This document shows, in pieces, positions 49,721 to 63,780 of a stretch of DNA of 64,000 nt. Made by a program: the position numbers and the translations under genes. This stretch comes from Mustelus asterias (Eukaryota). The first letter of the stretch is position 1. Each line of letters starts with the position of its first letter. The notes under the pieces were generated by a model. The model had not been told where the DNA came from. It did no database searches and saw only the letters and a list, made by a program, of their open reading frames with translations. The stretch is from positions 806,001 through 870,000 of the forward strand of contig NW_027590122.1 of NCBI RefSeq assembly GCF_964213995.1. Reading direction: 5' to 3'.

Positions 49721-50356
49721 CATTGTCACTAAGATTGAGACAATCTGATCAGCTGCCTCTGCTGCTTTCCTCCCGTCCACTACCCCGGAAGTTCAAAATT
49801 GTTCTGAAGATCTGCCCAGCCCAGGCCTTAAACTGACTTCTTTCTTTAGTTTCTCTCCATCTTCCCATATCCCTTCAAGAGCTAATCTTGTCCATGAAAC
49901 CCATCTTCCGTTCTATTCACTCTTTCCCACTAAACTGCCAACCATCCAGAGAGTTCTGGAGGAGGGTAAGTTTATGGAGAATGGAAGATGGGGGATCGGT
50001 CAGAAGAGCGTTGGAATAGTCAAATCTGAAAGTAACAAAGGCAAGATGAGAAGTCCAGCAGCAAATGAACTGAGGCAGGATGGATCTAATTGTCTTAGAG
50101 GTGGAAACAGTAATATCAGAGACGGTGAGGATATGTCGCCAATAGTTCAACTCGAGGTCAAATAGGAAAGGAAGATTGCAATTGGTCTGGTTCAGCCTGT
50201 GGTCAGGGAGGAGGATAGTATCGCTGATGAGGGTGACAAAGTTTGTGGGGTGCACGGTGATGGAGTTCATGGACCTGAGTATTAACCCTGCACCTGGAAA
50301 CTAACTTGTGATTCCCCTGCCAAGGCACCCAGATTGCTCTGTACCTCAGAGTTCTG

Positions 50357-51310
50357 GTTGTGATACATATAAATGATTTGGAAGAAGATGTAGCTGGTCT
50401 GATTAGTAAGTTTGCGGACGACACAAAGATTGCTGGGGTTGCGGGTAGTGATGAACATTGTCAGAAAATACAGCCGAATATAAATAGGCTGGAAAATTGG
50501 GCGGAGAAATGGCAGATGGAATTTAATCCAGATAAATGCAAAGTGATGCATTTTGGGAGATCTAATTCAGGGGGGAGCTATACAATAAATGGCAGAACCA
50601 TCAGGAGTACAGACACACAGAGGGATCTGGGTGTGCAAGTCCACAGAACCTTAAAGGTGGCAGCACAGGTGGAAAAGGTGGTGAAGAAGGCATATGGCAT
50701 GCTTGCCTTTATTGGACGGGGCATCGAGGGTAAAAGTTAGCATATGATGTTGCAGTTATATAGAACGTTGGTTAGGCCACATTTGGAATACTGCGTCCAG
50801 TTCTGGTCGCCACACTACCAGAAGGACGTGGAGGCTTTGGAGAGAGTGCAGAGAAGGTTTACCAGGATGTTGCCTGGTATGGAGGGTATGCGCTATGAGG
50901 TGTGATTCAGTAAACTAGGGTTGTTCTCCCTGGAAAGACGGAGTTTGAGGGGCAACCTAATAGAAGTTTATAAAATTATGAAGGGCATAGATAGGGTGAA
51001 CAGTTGGAAGCTTTTTCCCAGGTCAGAAATGACAAACACAAGGGGTCACAAGTTCAAGGTAAGGGGGGCAAGGTTCAATACAGATAAGTATGGGAAAGTT
51101 TTTTACACAGAGGGTGGTGGGGGCCTGGAATGCACTACCAAGCAAGGTGGTTGAGGCGGACACGCTAGGATCATTTAAGACTTATCTAGATAGCCACATG
51201 AACAGACTGGGAAGAGAGGGATACAAACGGATGGTCCAGTTAGGAACACATGATCGGTGCAGGCTTGGAGGGCCAAAGGGCCTGTTCCTGTGCTGTATTG
51301 TTCTTTGTTC
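50357..51310 (+). mobile_element. CR1 LINE 3' fragment
   Basis: INDLEE..KFADDTK..WQMEFNPDKC; (gttcttt)n tail. Confidence 0.95.
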
Positions 51311-51489
51311 TGCAATTCATTTAAATAAGCTGCTGCTTTTTCTGTTCTTTCTGTCTGAGTGGACAAGTTCACATTTTCCCACGTTATACTGGATCACCAG
51401 TCTAATACCTGGGAAGGTGTTGTGTTATTGGGAACGGTTGAGCCTGTACTCATTGGAGTTTAGAAGAATGAGGGGTAATCTTTTTAAGT

Positions 51490-51798
51490 TTAAATTTTAT
51501 TTATTCGTGTCACAAGTAGGCTTACACTAACACTACAAAGAAGTTACTGTGAAAATCCCCTAGTTGCCACACTCCAGTGCCTGTTTGGGTCCACTGAGGG
51601 AGAATTTTGTTTGGCCAGTGCACCCTAACCAGCACGTCTTTTGGACTGTGCGATGAAACCGGAGCATCTGGAAGAAACCCACACAGACACGGGGGGAATG
51701 TGCAGAATCCGCATAGACAGTGACCCAAGCCGGGAATTGAACATGGATCTTTGGCACTGTGAGGCAGCAGTGTTAACCACTGTGCCACCGTGCTGCCC
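51490..51798 (-). mobile_element. tRNA-derived SINE with a different 3' tail
   Basis: gggcagcacggtggcacagtggttaacactgctgc head on the reverse strand; 3' part differs from the HE1-like copies. Confidence 0.75.
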
Positions 51799-52621
51799 AA
51801 GGTAGCTTGACAGATGAAGAGAGGTTATTTCCCCACATGGGCAGAATGCCAAATATAAAGGGTTTCTCATTTCTAATGGAGAGGAGGAGAAATTTCTTCC
51901 CTCAGGGGGTCTTTGGAATTATTTTCCCCAGGGAGCAGTGGAGGCTGCGTCAGGCTGAGTTAGGCAGATTGTTATCCACAAGAGTTATGGCCGACAGGCG
52001 GGAACGTGGAGTTAAGGGCACAATCGGATCAACCATCATCTTATTGAATGGAACGGCAGGCTCAATGGGCCGAATGGTCTATTCCTCCTTCTTTCCATGA
52101 TGTTATGGTCTCTGTGTTGAGGACAGGAAGCATTATGTATTGATCTGTCAATCAACATGAATTAGCATCTTCAGGAGGTACAGCAGACTGAGAATGGAGG
52201 AAAAATAGACAGAGATTTACAGCTTTGGGGGAATGAGAGGTAGATTGTTCCAGAGAAACTAAAACTGTCTGTTCTGAATTTTTATCCTACACTAATAGTG
52301 GTGACTTTTGTGAACTCCTTTTACAGGATATTAGAAGGGGAGAATTTTGAGACAGAAATCTCAAAACAAACATCAAGATCTGATTCACTCAATTCACTAG
52401 GATGTGAAACCATCGGCCATTCTAACATCAGTGTGACTGGAAAAGCACCGAGACACACACACACCTGATTGAGAGTGTTCCAGTGAACTGACTGTGGAAA
52501 GAGCTTTAACCTGTTACACAGCCTGAAAAAACATCGCCATTCACAGCGGGAGAAACTGCACACGTGTTCGATGTGAGATTTAACTTATTGTTTAACCTGG
52601 AGTCACAAGGACACCTGCACC

Positions 52622-53464
52622 ATGGAGAAACCGTGGAAATGTGGGGACTGTGAGAAGGGATTCAGGTCCCCGTCTGAGCTGGAAACTCATCGACGCAGTC
52701 ACACTGGGGAGAGACCATTCATCTGCTCCAAGTGTGGGAAGGGATTTGCTCAGTCGTCCACACTGCTGACACACCAACAGGTTCACAGTCGAGAGAGGCC
52801 ATTCACCTGCTCTCAATGTGGGAAGGGATTCACTAATCCATCCCTTCTGCTGAGGCACCAGCGAGTTCACACTGGGGAGAGGCCGTTCATTTGCTCTGAC
52901 TGTGGGAAGGGATTTAAAGACTCCTCCACCCTGCTGACACACTGGCGAGTTCACACTGGGGAGCGGCCGTTCACCTGCTCAGAGTGTGAGAAGGGATTCA
53001 GTGATTTATCCACCCTGCTGACACACCAGCGGGTTCACAGCGGAGAGAGACCATTCAGATGCTCCCAGTGTGGGAAGAGATTCGCTCAGTCTTCAAATCT
53101 GCAGAAACACCAGCGGGTTCACTCTGGGCTGAAGCCGTTCACTTGCTTTGAGTGCGGGAAGGGATTCCGTGATTCATCCCACCTACTGAGACACCAGAGA
53201 GTTCACACGGGAGAGAGGCCGTTCACCTGCTCAGAGTGTGAGAAGAGATTTACTCACTCATCCACCCTGCGGACACACCAGCGAGTTCACTCTGGGGAGA
53301 GGCCGTTCACCTGCCGTGACTGTGGGAAGGGATTCACTCAATCTTCGAACCTGCTGAAACACCAGCGGGTTCACTCCGGGCAGAAACCATTCACCTGCTC
53401 CGTGTGTGGGAAGGGATTCAGTGATTCATCTCACCTGCTAAGACACCGGCGAGTTCACAAGTGA
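52622..53464 (+). CDS. Intact C2H2 zinc-finger gene (10 fingers)
   Basis: [16 protein letters not shown], regular TGERPF linkers. Confidence 0.9.
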   Translation: MEKPWKCGDCEKGFRSPSELETHRRSHTGERPFICSKCGKGFAQSSTLLTHQQVHSRERPFTCSQCGKGFTNPSLLLRHQRVHTGERPFICSDCGKGFKDSSTLLTHWRVHTGERPFTCSECEKGFSDLSTLLTHQRVHSGERPFRCSQCGKRFAQSSNLQKHQRVHSGLKPFTCFECGKGFRDSSHLLRHQRVHTGERPFTCSECEKRFTHSSTLRTHQRVHSGERPFTCRDCGKGFTQSSNLLKHQRVHSGQKPFTCSVCGKGFSDSSHLLRHRRVHK

Positions 53465-53919
53465 TGACAGGGGTTGGATTCTGCTGTTATTGCTGCTGTT
53501 AATCACATCCAGGACTGAACCATGTTCATTCTGACAGTTGGTGAAGTGAGAGGGTCGGAGGGTTTTGCTCAGCAGGACTGGCCAGTCTTATGTCTTCCAG
53601 TGGGCTGATGCTCTTCGAGCCTGGGAGAGCACATTTCCACTGAAATGATCCACAGAAGCAGATGTGGTGTATTCATTTTATCCTGGATAGTAAATAGTCT
53701 TTCCTATCACTACAGGTGTCTTGTCTTTCTTCCATCCTCGTTCTCAGGGTTGGCCGCACTCTGAACAATCTTTCTCCACTGATTTCTCAACTGCCCTCAC
53801 TGCCTGTCCCATCGAGAGACCAGTCCACATTCTGATATTATCCACCCGTGCCATCTTGGGCCTTCCTTGCACACATTTTCCAGGTGTTTTGCCTTGCAGT
53901 CCCTCTTTTTCCAAATACT

Positions 53920-54240
53920 CATAGAGAATCATAGAATCCCTACAGTACAGAAGGAGGCCATTCAGCCCATTGAGTCTGTACCGACCACAATCCCACCCAG
54001 GTCCTATTGCCGTAACCCCACATACTTACCTGCTAATTCCCCTGACACTCGGGTCAATTTAGCATGGCCAGTCAACCTAACCCACACATCTTTGGACTGT
54101 GGGAGGAAACGGTAGCACCCGGAGGAAACTCATACAGACACCGGGAGAAAGTGCAAACTCCACACAGGCAGTGACCCGAGGCCGGAATTGAACCCAGATC
54201 CCTGGCGCTGTGAGGCAGCAGTGCTAACCACTGTGCCGTC
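53920..54240 (-). mobile_element. HE1-like SINE
   Basis: Same consensus as the 12212-12558 copy. Confidence 0.85.
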
Positions 54241-55255
54241 CCTCCCTATTTACAACACATGTCCAAAATAGGTGAGCTTCCTGGATGTCAGAGCCTCAGA
54301 CAGATTCCTGTGAACACCAAAAACAAAACCCCCAAAGGAAAATTACAAATTTCAAAACAGGATGTGGTTCTGGGGAGAAATGAAGCACTCCAGCCCCCAC
54401 ATTGCCCACTGGTCATGGAGGATCTTAGTCATGCTGATGGACACCACGTGTTCCACTCCAGGGACACCCGACTGCGAACATCACCGTGAAAGCGGCTCAA
54501 CCGCCCACTGCCTTAATCCATTCATGGCAAATACTCACTGGATAAAGAGGTTTCTCATCAAATCTCTGCTCGATTATTGAACCCCTTGAACATTTCCATT
54601 GTGTCAGGGTGGCAATAATTGTGTTTTGGGTGAATCTCATGGAATCTCCTCTGGAGAAGCTTTCCTGGTGAGTGAATCTGCCTGGTTATCATCACTCTCT
54701 TCACTAACTCCTGCTGCTGATCTACCTTCACTTTACAAATAGCAATTTGTCCCAAACACATCACACTTCCCACCCCGAGAGTCTCAGTGTGAACAGGGAG
54801 GAATATGTTTGAAACATAGAAAATAGGAGCAGGAGGAGGCCATTCGGCCCATCGAACGCACTCCACCATTCATTTGATGATGGCTGATCATCCAGTTAAA
54901 TAGCCTGATCCCACCTTCTCCCCATATCCTTTGATCCCCTTCACTCATGCGCTATATCGAACTGTTTCTTGAAAACATACAATGTTTTGGCCTCGACTAT
55001 TCCCTATGGTGGCGAATTCCATAGGCTGACCACTCTCTGGGTGAAGAAATTTCTGCTTATCTCCCCAAAACAGTCTACCCTGCATCGTCAGACTGTGACC
55101 CCCTGGTTCTGGGCAGCCCCACCATTAGGAACATCTTTCCTGCATCTATCCTGTCTGGTCTCAGATCTCCACCCTGGGATTCCCAGTGTGAACAGGGTGG
55201 GATGTGTTTGGAGACAGGATGTCCCAGTTCTCCAGTCTGGAATTCTCAGTGTGAA

Positions 55256-55794
55256 GTTTAACAACACCAGGTTAAAGTCCAACAGGTTTATTTGGTAGCA
55301 AAAGCCACACAAGCTTTCGAGGCTCTGAGCCCCTTCTTCAGGTGAGTGGGAATTCTGTTCACAAACAGAACTTATAAGACACAGACTCAATTTACATGAA
55401 TAATGGTTGGAATGCGAATACTTACAGCTAATCCAGTCTTTAAGAAACAAAACAATGGGAGTGGAGAGAGCATCAAGACAGGTTAAAAAGATGTGTATTG
55501 TCTCCAGACAAGACAGCCAGTGAAACTCTGCAGGTCCACGCAACTGTGGGAGTTACAAATAGTGTGACATAAATTCTGATTCTAGGATCGCATGATAAAG
55601 ACTCAGGAGGAAAAAAGCAGAAATATTTATGTGAAATAGTGTGACATAAACCCAATATCCCGGTTGAGGCCGTCCTTGTGTGTGCGGAACCTGGCTATCA
55701 GTTTCTGCTCCGCGACTCTGCGCTGTCGTGTGTCGCGAAGGCCGCCTTGGAGAACGCTTACCCGAATATCAGAGGCCGAATGCCCGTGACCGTG
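55256..55794 (-). mobile_element. Penelope-like element 3' end (GIY-YIG endonuclease C-terminus + terminal repeat)
   Basis: Reverse frame GHSASDIRVSVLQGGLRDTRQRRVAEQKLIARFRTHKDGLNRDIGFMSHY; flanked by attctcagtgtgaa (55242-55255, 55795-55808). Confidence 0.8.
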
Positions 55795-56939
55795 ATTCTC
55801 AGTGTGAACAGGGGGGGAATGTGTTTGGAGATAGGATGTCCCAGTTCTCCATCTTTAAAAGGTCAAAGAGAGGACCAGCTGGATTAAATGGTGTTGCTTT
55901 ATGACATAATTTCATTGCCTGGTAACTAACCGCCCGGAACCCAGCTCATTATGGGCTGGGAGTGTTTGGTGGGGCAATGCAGATGGAGTTTTTCTACTCA
56001 CTGGCACTGTTTGGTGTGGCTGCCCTGCATGGTTTCCACTTCAGAACATGAGCATTAAATTTTGATTTGATTTATTATTGTCAAATAGATTGGGATATCG
56101 TGAAAAGTATTATTTCTTGTGCGCTATACAGACAAAACATACCTTTCATAGAGTACACGGGGAGAAGGAAAGGATAGGGTGCAGAATATAGTATTGCAGG
56201 TACAGGTAGGGTGAAGAGAAATATCAGCTTAATAGGACCATTCAAAAGTGTGATGACTTTTGGGAAGAAGCTGTTCTTGAGTCGTTTGGTACATGTTTTC
56301 AGACTTTTGCATAAATTTACCGAGAAAGTGGTGATGAGCTGCCTTCCTGAACCACTTCAGTCCATGTGGTGTAGGTATATCCATAGTGCTATTAGGGAGG
56401 GAATTGCAGGATTTTGATCCAGTGACAGTGAAGGAACGGCGATATATTTCCAAGTCACAATGGCATGTGGCTTGGAGGGGAATTTGCAGCAGGTGGTGTT
56501 CTCATGTGTCTGCTGTCCTTGTCCTTCCGGATGATGGTGGTTGTGTGTGTGGGAAGAGATTGACTCAGTCAGTTATCAGCTTTGTTTATGGGAATACATT
56601 TGTTGATAATGGATCCACAGCTTTTTGGTATTTTCCTAATCCACCACAAACAAGTTGCCTCCTCATAACTTTGCGGTTACCTCTGTTTAGATTTAAGACC
56701 CTAGCTTCAGATTGAGTAACATTGTTTTCAAACTTATTGTAAAATTCTATTTTAAATTCATTGTGTCTTTCAATCTCGATAAACCTCACGAAAAACAGAT
56801 TACCTCTGATCATCATCACATTTCTGTTTGTGGAGGCTTACTGCGCATAGAGATACCCTGAGGTTGTGAAAGGCACTATATAAATAAAAATTCTTCCAAC
56901 TGCAGCCCACTTGCTGTGGTTATCAGCAAATTCCTTTAC

Positions 56940-57110
56940 ACACAAAGAAGAAGAATGGCCTCTCCCAGTGTGAACCCGCTGGTGTCGCAACATGTTTGAA
57001 AATTGAGTGAATCCCTTTTCACACAGGGGGCAGGTGAATGGCCTCACACCAGTGTGACAGTATCGATGAATTTCCCGATCAGAGAGATAATAGAATCCCT
57101 TCCCGGTATC
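56940..57110 (-). pseudogene. C2H2 zinc-finger relic
   Basis: [31 protein letters not shown] then frameshift. Confidence 0.75.
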
Positions 57111-57689
57111 CATCCCCATATTGTCCACATGGACTCTCCCTGTTTTGGTTACACTTTTGCCTTCCCATATCAATCGATTGAATCCAGATGTGCATTGTCT
57201 CCAGATAGGAGACAATACGCATCTCTTTAACCTGTCTTAATGCTCTCTCCACTCACATTGTTTGTACCTTAAAGACTTGATTAGTTGTAAGTATTCGCAT
57301 TCCAACCATTATTCTGTAAATTGAGTCTGTGTCTTTATATGCCCTGTTTGTGAACAGAATTCCCACTCACCTGAAGAAGGAGTTTAAGGCTACGAAAGCT
57401 TGTGGCTTTTGCTACCAAATAAACCTGTTGGACTTTAACCTGGTGTTGTTAAACTTCTTGCTCTTTCTGTACTACAGGGTTTCTTTGATTATCCAATCTT
57501 TTGGTCATCTGTGCTAATATATCCTGATGTATCTGGATGTTCCTGTGAAATGCAGTGGGATGATTTCTGATGTTAAGGATTTTAAATAAATAGAAGTTGT
57601 TGTTGACTGGAACCCTGACCTCCTGCTTTACAACAACCCATTGATTTCAATCTCTGAGGCTTTGCTCCTGCGGCTTTGCAGCCTGAGCC

Positions 57690-58130
57690 AAGCATCGGCA
57701 CTGCGCATGCTCCAGCTTACAATGCCCTGGGAGTGATTGACGGCGGCTCTGGACCAATAGAAAGAGAGGGCAGGGCTGGGGGACCGAGCAAGAGAGGCTG
57801 GTCCTCCAGCCAATCGGAGTGAACGAGGGGCGGGTCTAGACCCGAACACTCCTGTTGTGACTGAGAACATGCGCAGTGCCGATGAGAACTCACGATCGAG
57901 GCGGTTGTGGAAATTCTCAGCCGGTGAGATACCGTGGGATGGGTCGTGAGGGAGGGATGGAGCCGGCGGGTAGGTTTGGAGGCCTCATAAACATCCCGTG
58001 TAGGCCGAAGCTCCGATGCGGCGTTTGTAGCGGCGGAAGCTGCTCAGGCTTTTCTCCGAGACAGGCCCGTGTGAACAGCCGCCATATTTACTGGGGACGG
58101 TGCGCGGTTTGGCGCATGCGCAATGAAGGA
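57690..58130. promoter_or_regulatory. Second CpG-island promoter, paralog of 44480-44700
   Basis: gcgcatgctccagct..gattgacggc..gaccaat..ggtcctccagccaatcggagtgaacgaggggcggg..catgcgcagtgc. Confidence 0.7.
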
Positions 58131-58399
58131 GTGCTCGGAGGTTCCAGACGTCACAATGGAATGGGTGAGAATTCCAGAGCTGAGATTGGGGGAGTCGGGC
58201 GATGGCTCTGAGGTGGAAGAACAAAGAACAGTACAGCACAGGAACAGGCCCTTCGGCCCTCCAAGCCTGTGCTGACCATGATGGCCTCACTAAACTTAAA
58301 AAAAACCTTCCGTCCTTACTCGGTCTGTATCTCTCTATTCCCTCCCTATTCATTATCCATCCAGATGCCTCTTAAATGTTGCTAGTGTGTGTTTCCACC

Positions 58400-59000
58400 A
58401 CAGAACATTGAATACAGGAGCTGGGACGTCTTGTTGAAGTTGTACAAGACATTGGTAAGGCCACGCTTGGAATACTGTGTGCAGTTCCGGTCACCCTATT
58501 ATAGAAAGGATATTATTAAACTAGAAAGAGTGCAGAAAAGATTTACTAGGATACTACCAGGGCTTGATGGTTTGGGTTATAAGGAGAGGCTGCATAGACT
58601 GGGACTTTATTCCCTGGAGCGTAGGAGGCTGAGGGGTGATCTTAGAGAGGTCTATAAAATAATGAGGGGCACAGATCAGCTAGATAGTCAATATCGTTTC
58701 CCAAAGGTAGGGGAGTCTAAAACTAGAGGGCATAGGTTTGAGGGGAGAGATACAAAAGTGTCCAGAGGGGCAATCTTTTCACACACAGGGTTGGGAGTGT
58801 CTGGAACAAGCTGCCAGAGGTAGTAGAGGCGGGTACAATTTTATCTTTTAAAAAGCATTCAGTTAGTTACATGGGTAAGATGGTGCAGAGGGATATGGGC
58901 CAAATATGAGCAATTGGGATTGGTTTAGGGGTTTTAAAAAAAGGGCGGCATGGACAAGTTGGGCCGAAGGGCCTGTTTCCATGCTGTAAATCTCTATGAC
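58400..59000 (+). mobile_element. CR1 LINE 3' fragment
   Basis: QNIEYRSWDVLLKLY..LEYCVQF; same subfamily as 18467-19562. Confidence 0.92.
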
Positions 59001-59851
59001 TCGATGACCTCCTTTAGTAGCGCCTTCCAGACACCCACCACTCTCTGCATGAAAATCTTCCTCATTCACATCTCCTTGAAACTTTCCCTCTCTCACCTTG
59101 AACCTCTGTCTCCATGGAAGTAGGCAGCCTTGATGATGATCTGAATATGTGGTTGGAAGCTCAACCTGGGGTGATATATTTCACTACAGTTGTGAACAGC
59201 CTGGATCTGCCTCTTTCAGTTGCCAGGAGGAGGGATAGAGTTGCTGGCGAGGGAGTGGAATTTGCAGTGGGGACTGAACACAATGGGTTCAGTCTTCCCA
59301 GTAGTTATATAAAAAAAAGTTCATGTTCTTTTAGTACAGGATTTCAGACAAGTCAGCATGATGTGTAAGTTGTAGGGGAACTTGGAGTTGATGGGGTTCC
59401 TTTCTAACCTACTACCCTGGTCCTTGGTCATGGAGGTTGAGGGTTTGGGAGATTCTGTCAAAGTTCTTGTTGAGTTGTAGATGTATAAAATCCCTCTCCT
59501 TCACCCCGGCTCTCTCCTATTTTTCTTTGTCTCCTCCCACAGTGTCCACAGTCTTGTGTAGATCCAGACTGGGTGGCAGGTTTCATTCCTTGAGAACATT
59601 GGGGAACCAGTTGGATTTTTATGACAAGCCAGCAATGCCGGCCCCACAAATTCCCAGATTCATTCAGCTCAATTTCACAAGCTACCTTTGTCTTTTTGTG
59701 GGTTCTCTCTCACTCCCTTTTTTCCGTTTTAAATCAATTTCACAGGGTTTTAGAAAAGGATTTGGAGTTTGGAAACTGAAACCAAACATCATATCAGAAT
59801 CTGATGGAGGCGGCCAATTTATTGTAACCTGAATATCATTGCATTTTGAAC

Positions 59852-61130
59852 ATGGAAGAAAAATGCACCATTCACAGTGGAGAGAAACCATACATGTGTT
59901 CTGTGTGTGGACAAGACTTCAACTTATCATCTGGTCTTTCAGAACATAATTGCAGTCATAACAGAGATTTAGCATGTGGGGACTGTGGGAAAGGATTCGA
60001 TTTCTCATCCCAACTGGAGATTCATCGGTGCAGTCACACTGGAGAGAAGCCATTCACCTGCTCCGAGTGTGGGAAGGGATTCAATAGGCCATCCCACCTA
60101 GCAAGACATCAGCAAATTCACACTGGGGAGAAACCATTCACGTGCTCTGAGTGTGGGAAGGGATTCAATAGACCCTCCCACCTGGCAATGCACCAGCGAG
60201 TTCACACTGGGGAGAAACCGTTCACCTGCTCCCAGTGTGGGAAGGGATTTGCTGACTCATCCAATCTGCTGAGACACGAGCGAGTTCACACTGGGGAGAG
60301 GCCGTTCACCTGCTCCAGATGTGGGAAGGGATTCACTAACCAATCTTATCTGCTGACACACCAGCGAGTTCACACTGGGGAGAGGCCTTTCATCTGTTCC
60401 CAGTGTGGGAAAGGATTCGCTCAGTTATCCACTCTGCTGTTACACCAGCGGGTTCACACTGGGGAGAGACCATTTACCTGCTCTCAGTGTGGGAAGGGAT
60501 TCACTCGCTCAGCCAAACTGCTGATACACCAGCGAGATCACACTGGGGAGAGGCCGTACACTTGCTCTGTGTGTGGGAAGGGATTCACTCAGTCATCCAA
60601 CCTGCTGATACACCAACGAGTTCACACTGGGGAGAAGCCATTCACCTGCTCCCATTGTGGGAAGGGATTCAATAGGCCATCCCACCTAGCAATGCACCAG
60701 CGAATTCACTCTGGGGAGAAACCGTTCACCTGCTCCCAGTGTGGGAAGGGGTTTGCTGACTCTGCCAATTTACTGAGACACGAGCAACTTCACACTGGGG
60801 AGAGACCGTTCACTTGCTCCCGGTGTGGGAACGGATTCATTAACCAATCTTACCTGCTGATACACCAGCGAATTCACACTGGGGAGAGACCATTCACCTG
60901 CTCTCAGTGTGGGAAGGGATTCACTCAGTCATCCCATCTGCTGACACACCAGCGTATTCACACTGAGGAGAGACCTTTCATCTGCTCCCAGTGTGGGAAG
61001 GGATTCAGTACGCCATCCCACCTAGCAAGGCACCAGCAAATTCACACTAGGGAGAAGCCGTCACCTGCTCCCAGTGTGGAAAGGGATTTGTCACCTCAGC
61101 CAATCTGCTGAGCCACCAGCGAATTCACAA
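59852..61130 (+). CDS. C2H2 zinc-finger gene (14 fingers plus a frameshifted 15th at ~61060)
   Basis: [16 protein letters not shown].. long open frame; terminal aagccg(t)tcacctgc lacks one base. Confidence 0.9.
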
Positions 61131-61669
61131 GGAACTATTGTGGTTGGAATTTTCCTGTTAATATTCAGATTGAATCATGTTCATTTTGGCCTGTTTCTGC
61201 TGAATTGAAAAAAAACTCCAGCTCTGTTATAGATGTTAATATAATTGGTCTTATAAAGGGAGGATCTGGGGTCAGGAAGCTCACACAAAACATCAAATCA
61301 GCATTGGATGGAGCTGCACAATTTATAGTAAATTGAAAAGCAGGGAACTTTGAACACGGAAGGAAACAGCACCATTCACAACTACAGTCACATTCGGGAG
61401 AAACCGTGGAAATCTAGAGACTGTGAGGAGACATTTCAGTTACCCGTTTGACCTTTTTATCATTTCCTAATGCAGTGCATTTCTTATTTACTAGATTAGG
61501 ATCATAATAAATGTAGCTACGCTGTATCTTTCAATCAGAGTCATCACGGCACTGAAGGAATACATTCGTTTTCTCAAACCCATTTGATTCTCTGTGGACC
61601 AGTAACACAGGCTATGAAAACATCACACTATTCACAGCTGGGAGAAACTGTACACGTGTTGTGTGTGTG

Positions 61670-63780
61670 GGTGGAAAAGGATGAGTGGTGTCCCAAGGGT
61701 AAGGTGTTGGATTGGGGGAAGGCTAACTTTAGTGGGATTAGGCAGAAATTGGCAGCTCTTGATTGGGAGAGGCTGTTTGAGGGTAAATCCACATCTGGCA
61801 TGTGGGAGTCTTTTAAGGAACAGTTGTTAGGGCTACAGGACAGGCATGTGCCTGTAAAAAAGGATAGGAAGGGTAGGATTCGAGAACCGTGGATAACCAG
61901 GGAAATTGAGGGACTGGTCAAAATGAAAAGAGAGGCGTATGTTAGGTCCAGGCAGCTAAAAACGGAGGGAGCTCTGGAGGAGTACAAAGAAAGTAGGAAA
62001 GAACTCAAACGGGGAATTAGAAGGGCAAAAAGGGGTCACGAAATGTTCTTGGCAGACAGGATTAAGGAGAATCCCAAGGCATTTTATTCATACGTTAGGA
62101 ACAAAAGGGTTGTCAGGGAAAAAAATCAGACCTCTCAGGGACAAAAGTGGGGAATTATGCTTGGAGCCCAAAGAAGTAGGGGAGATCCGAAATGAATACT
62201 TTGCGTCGGTATTCACAAAGGAGAGGGATGTGTTGACTGGGAGTGTCTCGGAGGGGAGTGCTGAACCGTTGGAGAAAATCTCCATTACAAGGGAGGAAGT
62301 GTTAGGTTTGTTAGAGAATATAAAGACTGACAAATCCCCAGGGCCTGATGGAATCTACCAAGGCTGCTCAGGGAGACGAGAGATGAAATCGCTGGGCCTC
62401 TGACGCAAATCTTTGTCTCGTCACTGGACACAGGTGAGGTCCCAGAGGAGTGGAGGATAGCTAATGTGGTCCCGTTATTTAAGAAGGGTAGGAAGGATAA
62501 CCTGGGTAATTATAGGCTGGTGAGCTTGACGTCCCTGGTGGGGAAGTTGTCGGAGAAGATTCTTAGAGATAGGATGTATGCGCATTTAGAAAGGAATAAA
62601 CTCATTAACGATAGTCAGCATGGTTTTGTGAGAGGGAGGTCATGCCTCACTAACCTGGTGGAGTTATTTGAAGAAGTGACCAGAATGGTTGACGAGGGAA
62701 GGGCCGTGGATGTCATCTATATGGACTTTAGTAAAGCGTTTGACAAAGTCCCTCATGGTAGGCTGGTGAAAAAGGTTGGATCTCATGGCATAAATGGGGA
62801 GGTGGCTAGATGGGTGGAGAACTGGCTTGGTCACATAAACGATCTGGAAGAAGGTGTAACTGGGGTGATCAGTAAGTTTGCGGACGACACAAAATTGGCA
62901 GGACTTGCAGATAGTGAGGAGCATTGTCAGAAGCTACAGAAGGATATAGATAGGCTGGAAATTTGGGCAAAGAAATGGCAGATGGAGTTCAATCCTGATC
63001 AATGCGAAGTGTTGCATTTTGGTAGAAATAATGTAGGGAGGAGCTATACGATAAATGGCAGAACCATAAAGGGTGTAGATACGCAGAGGGACCTGTGTGT
63101 GCAAGTCCACAGATCCTTGAAGGTGACGTCACAGGTGGAGAAGGTGGTGAAGAAGGCATATGGCATGCTTGCCTTTATAGGACGGGGCATCGAGTATAAA
63201 AGTTGGGGTCTGATGTTGCAGATGTATAGAACGTTGGTTCGGCCGCATTTGGAATACTGCGTCCAGTTCTGGTCGCCACACTACCAGAAGGGACGTGGAG
63301 GCTTTGGAGAGAGTACAGAGGAGGTTTACCAGGATGTTGCCTGGTATGGAGGGGCTTAGTTATGAGGAGAGATTGGGTAAACTGGGGTTGTTCTCCCTGG
63401 AAAGACGGAGGATGAGGGGAGACTTAATAGAGGTGTATAAAATTTTGAAAGGCATAAATAGGGTGAACGGTGGGAAGCTTTTCCCCAGGTCGGTGGTGAC
63501 GTTCACGAGGGGTCATAGGTTCAAGGTGAAGGGAGGGAGGTTTAACACAGATATCAGAAGGACATATTTTACACAGAGGGTGGTGGGGGCCTGGAATGCG
63601 CTGCCAGGCAAGGTGGTGGAGGCGGACACACTGGGAACGTTTAAGACTTATCTCGATAGCCATATGAATGGAGTGGGAATGGAGGGATACAAAAGAATGG
63701 TCTAGTTTGGACCAGGGAGCGGCATGGTCTTGGAGGGCCGAAGGGCCTGTTCCTGTGCTGTATTGTTCTTTGTTCTTTGT
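61670..63780 (+). mobile_element. CR1 LINE, 5'-truncated, with internal deletion and frameshifts
   Basis: ORFs 61584-63705 cover the linker and RT; GVPQGSVLGP block missing at ~62832; (gttcttt)n tail. Confidence 0.95.

Noticed and set aside
62825-62845. Spliced or novel RT variant in CR1
   Set aside because: Simple internal deletion removing the GVPQGSVLGP block in a dead copy
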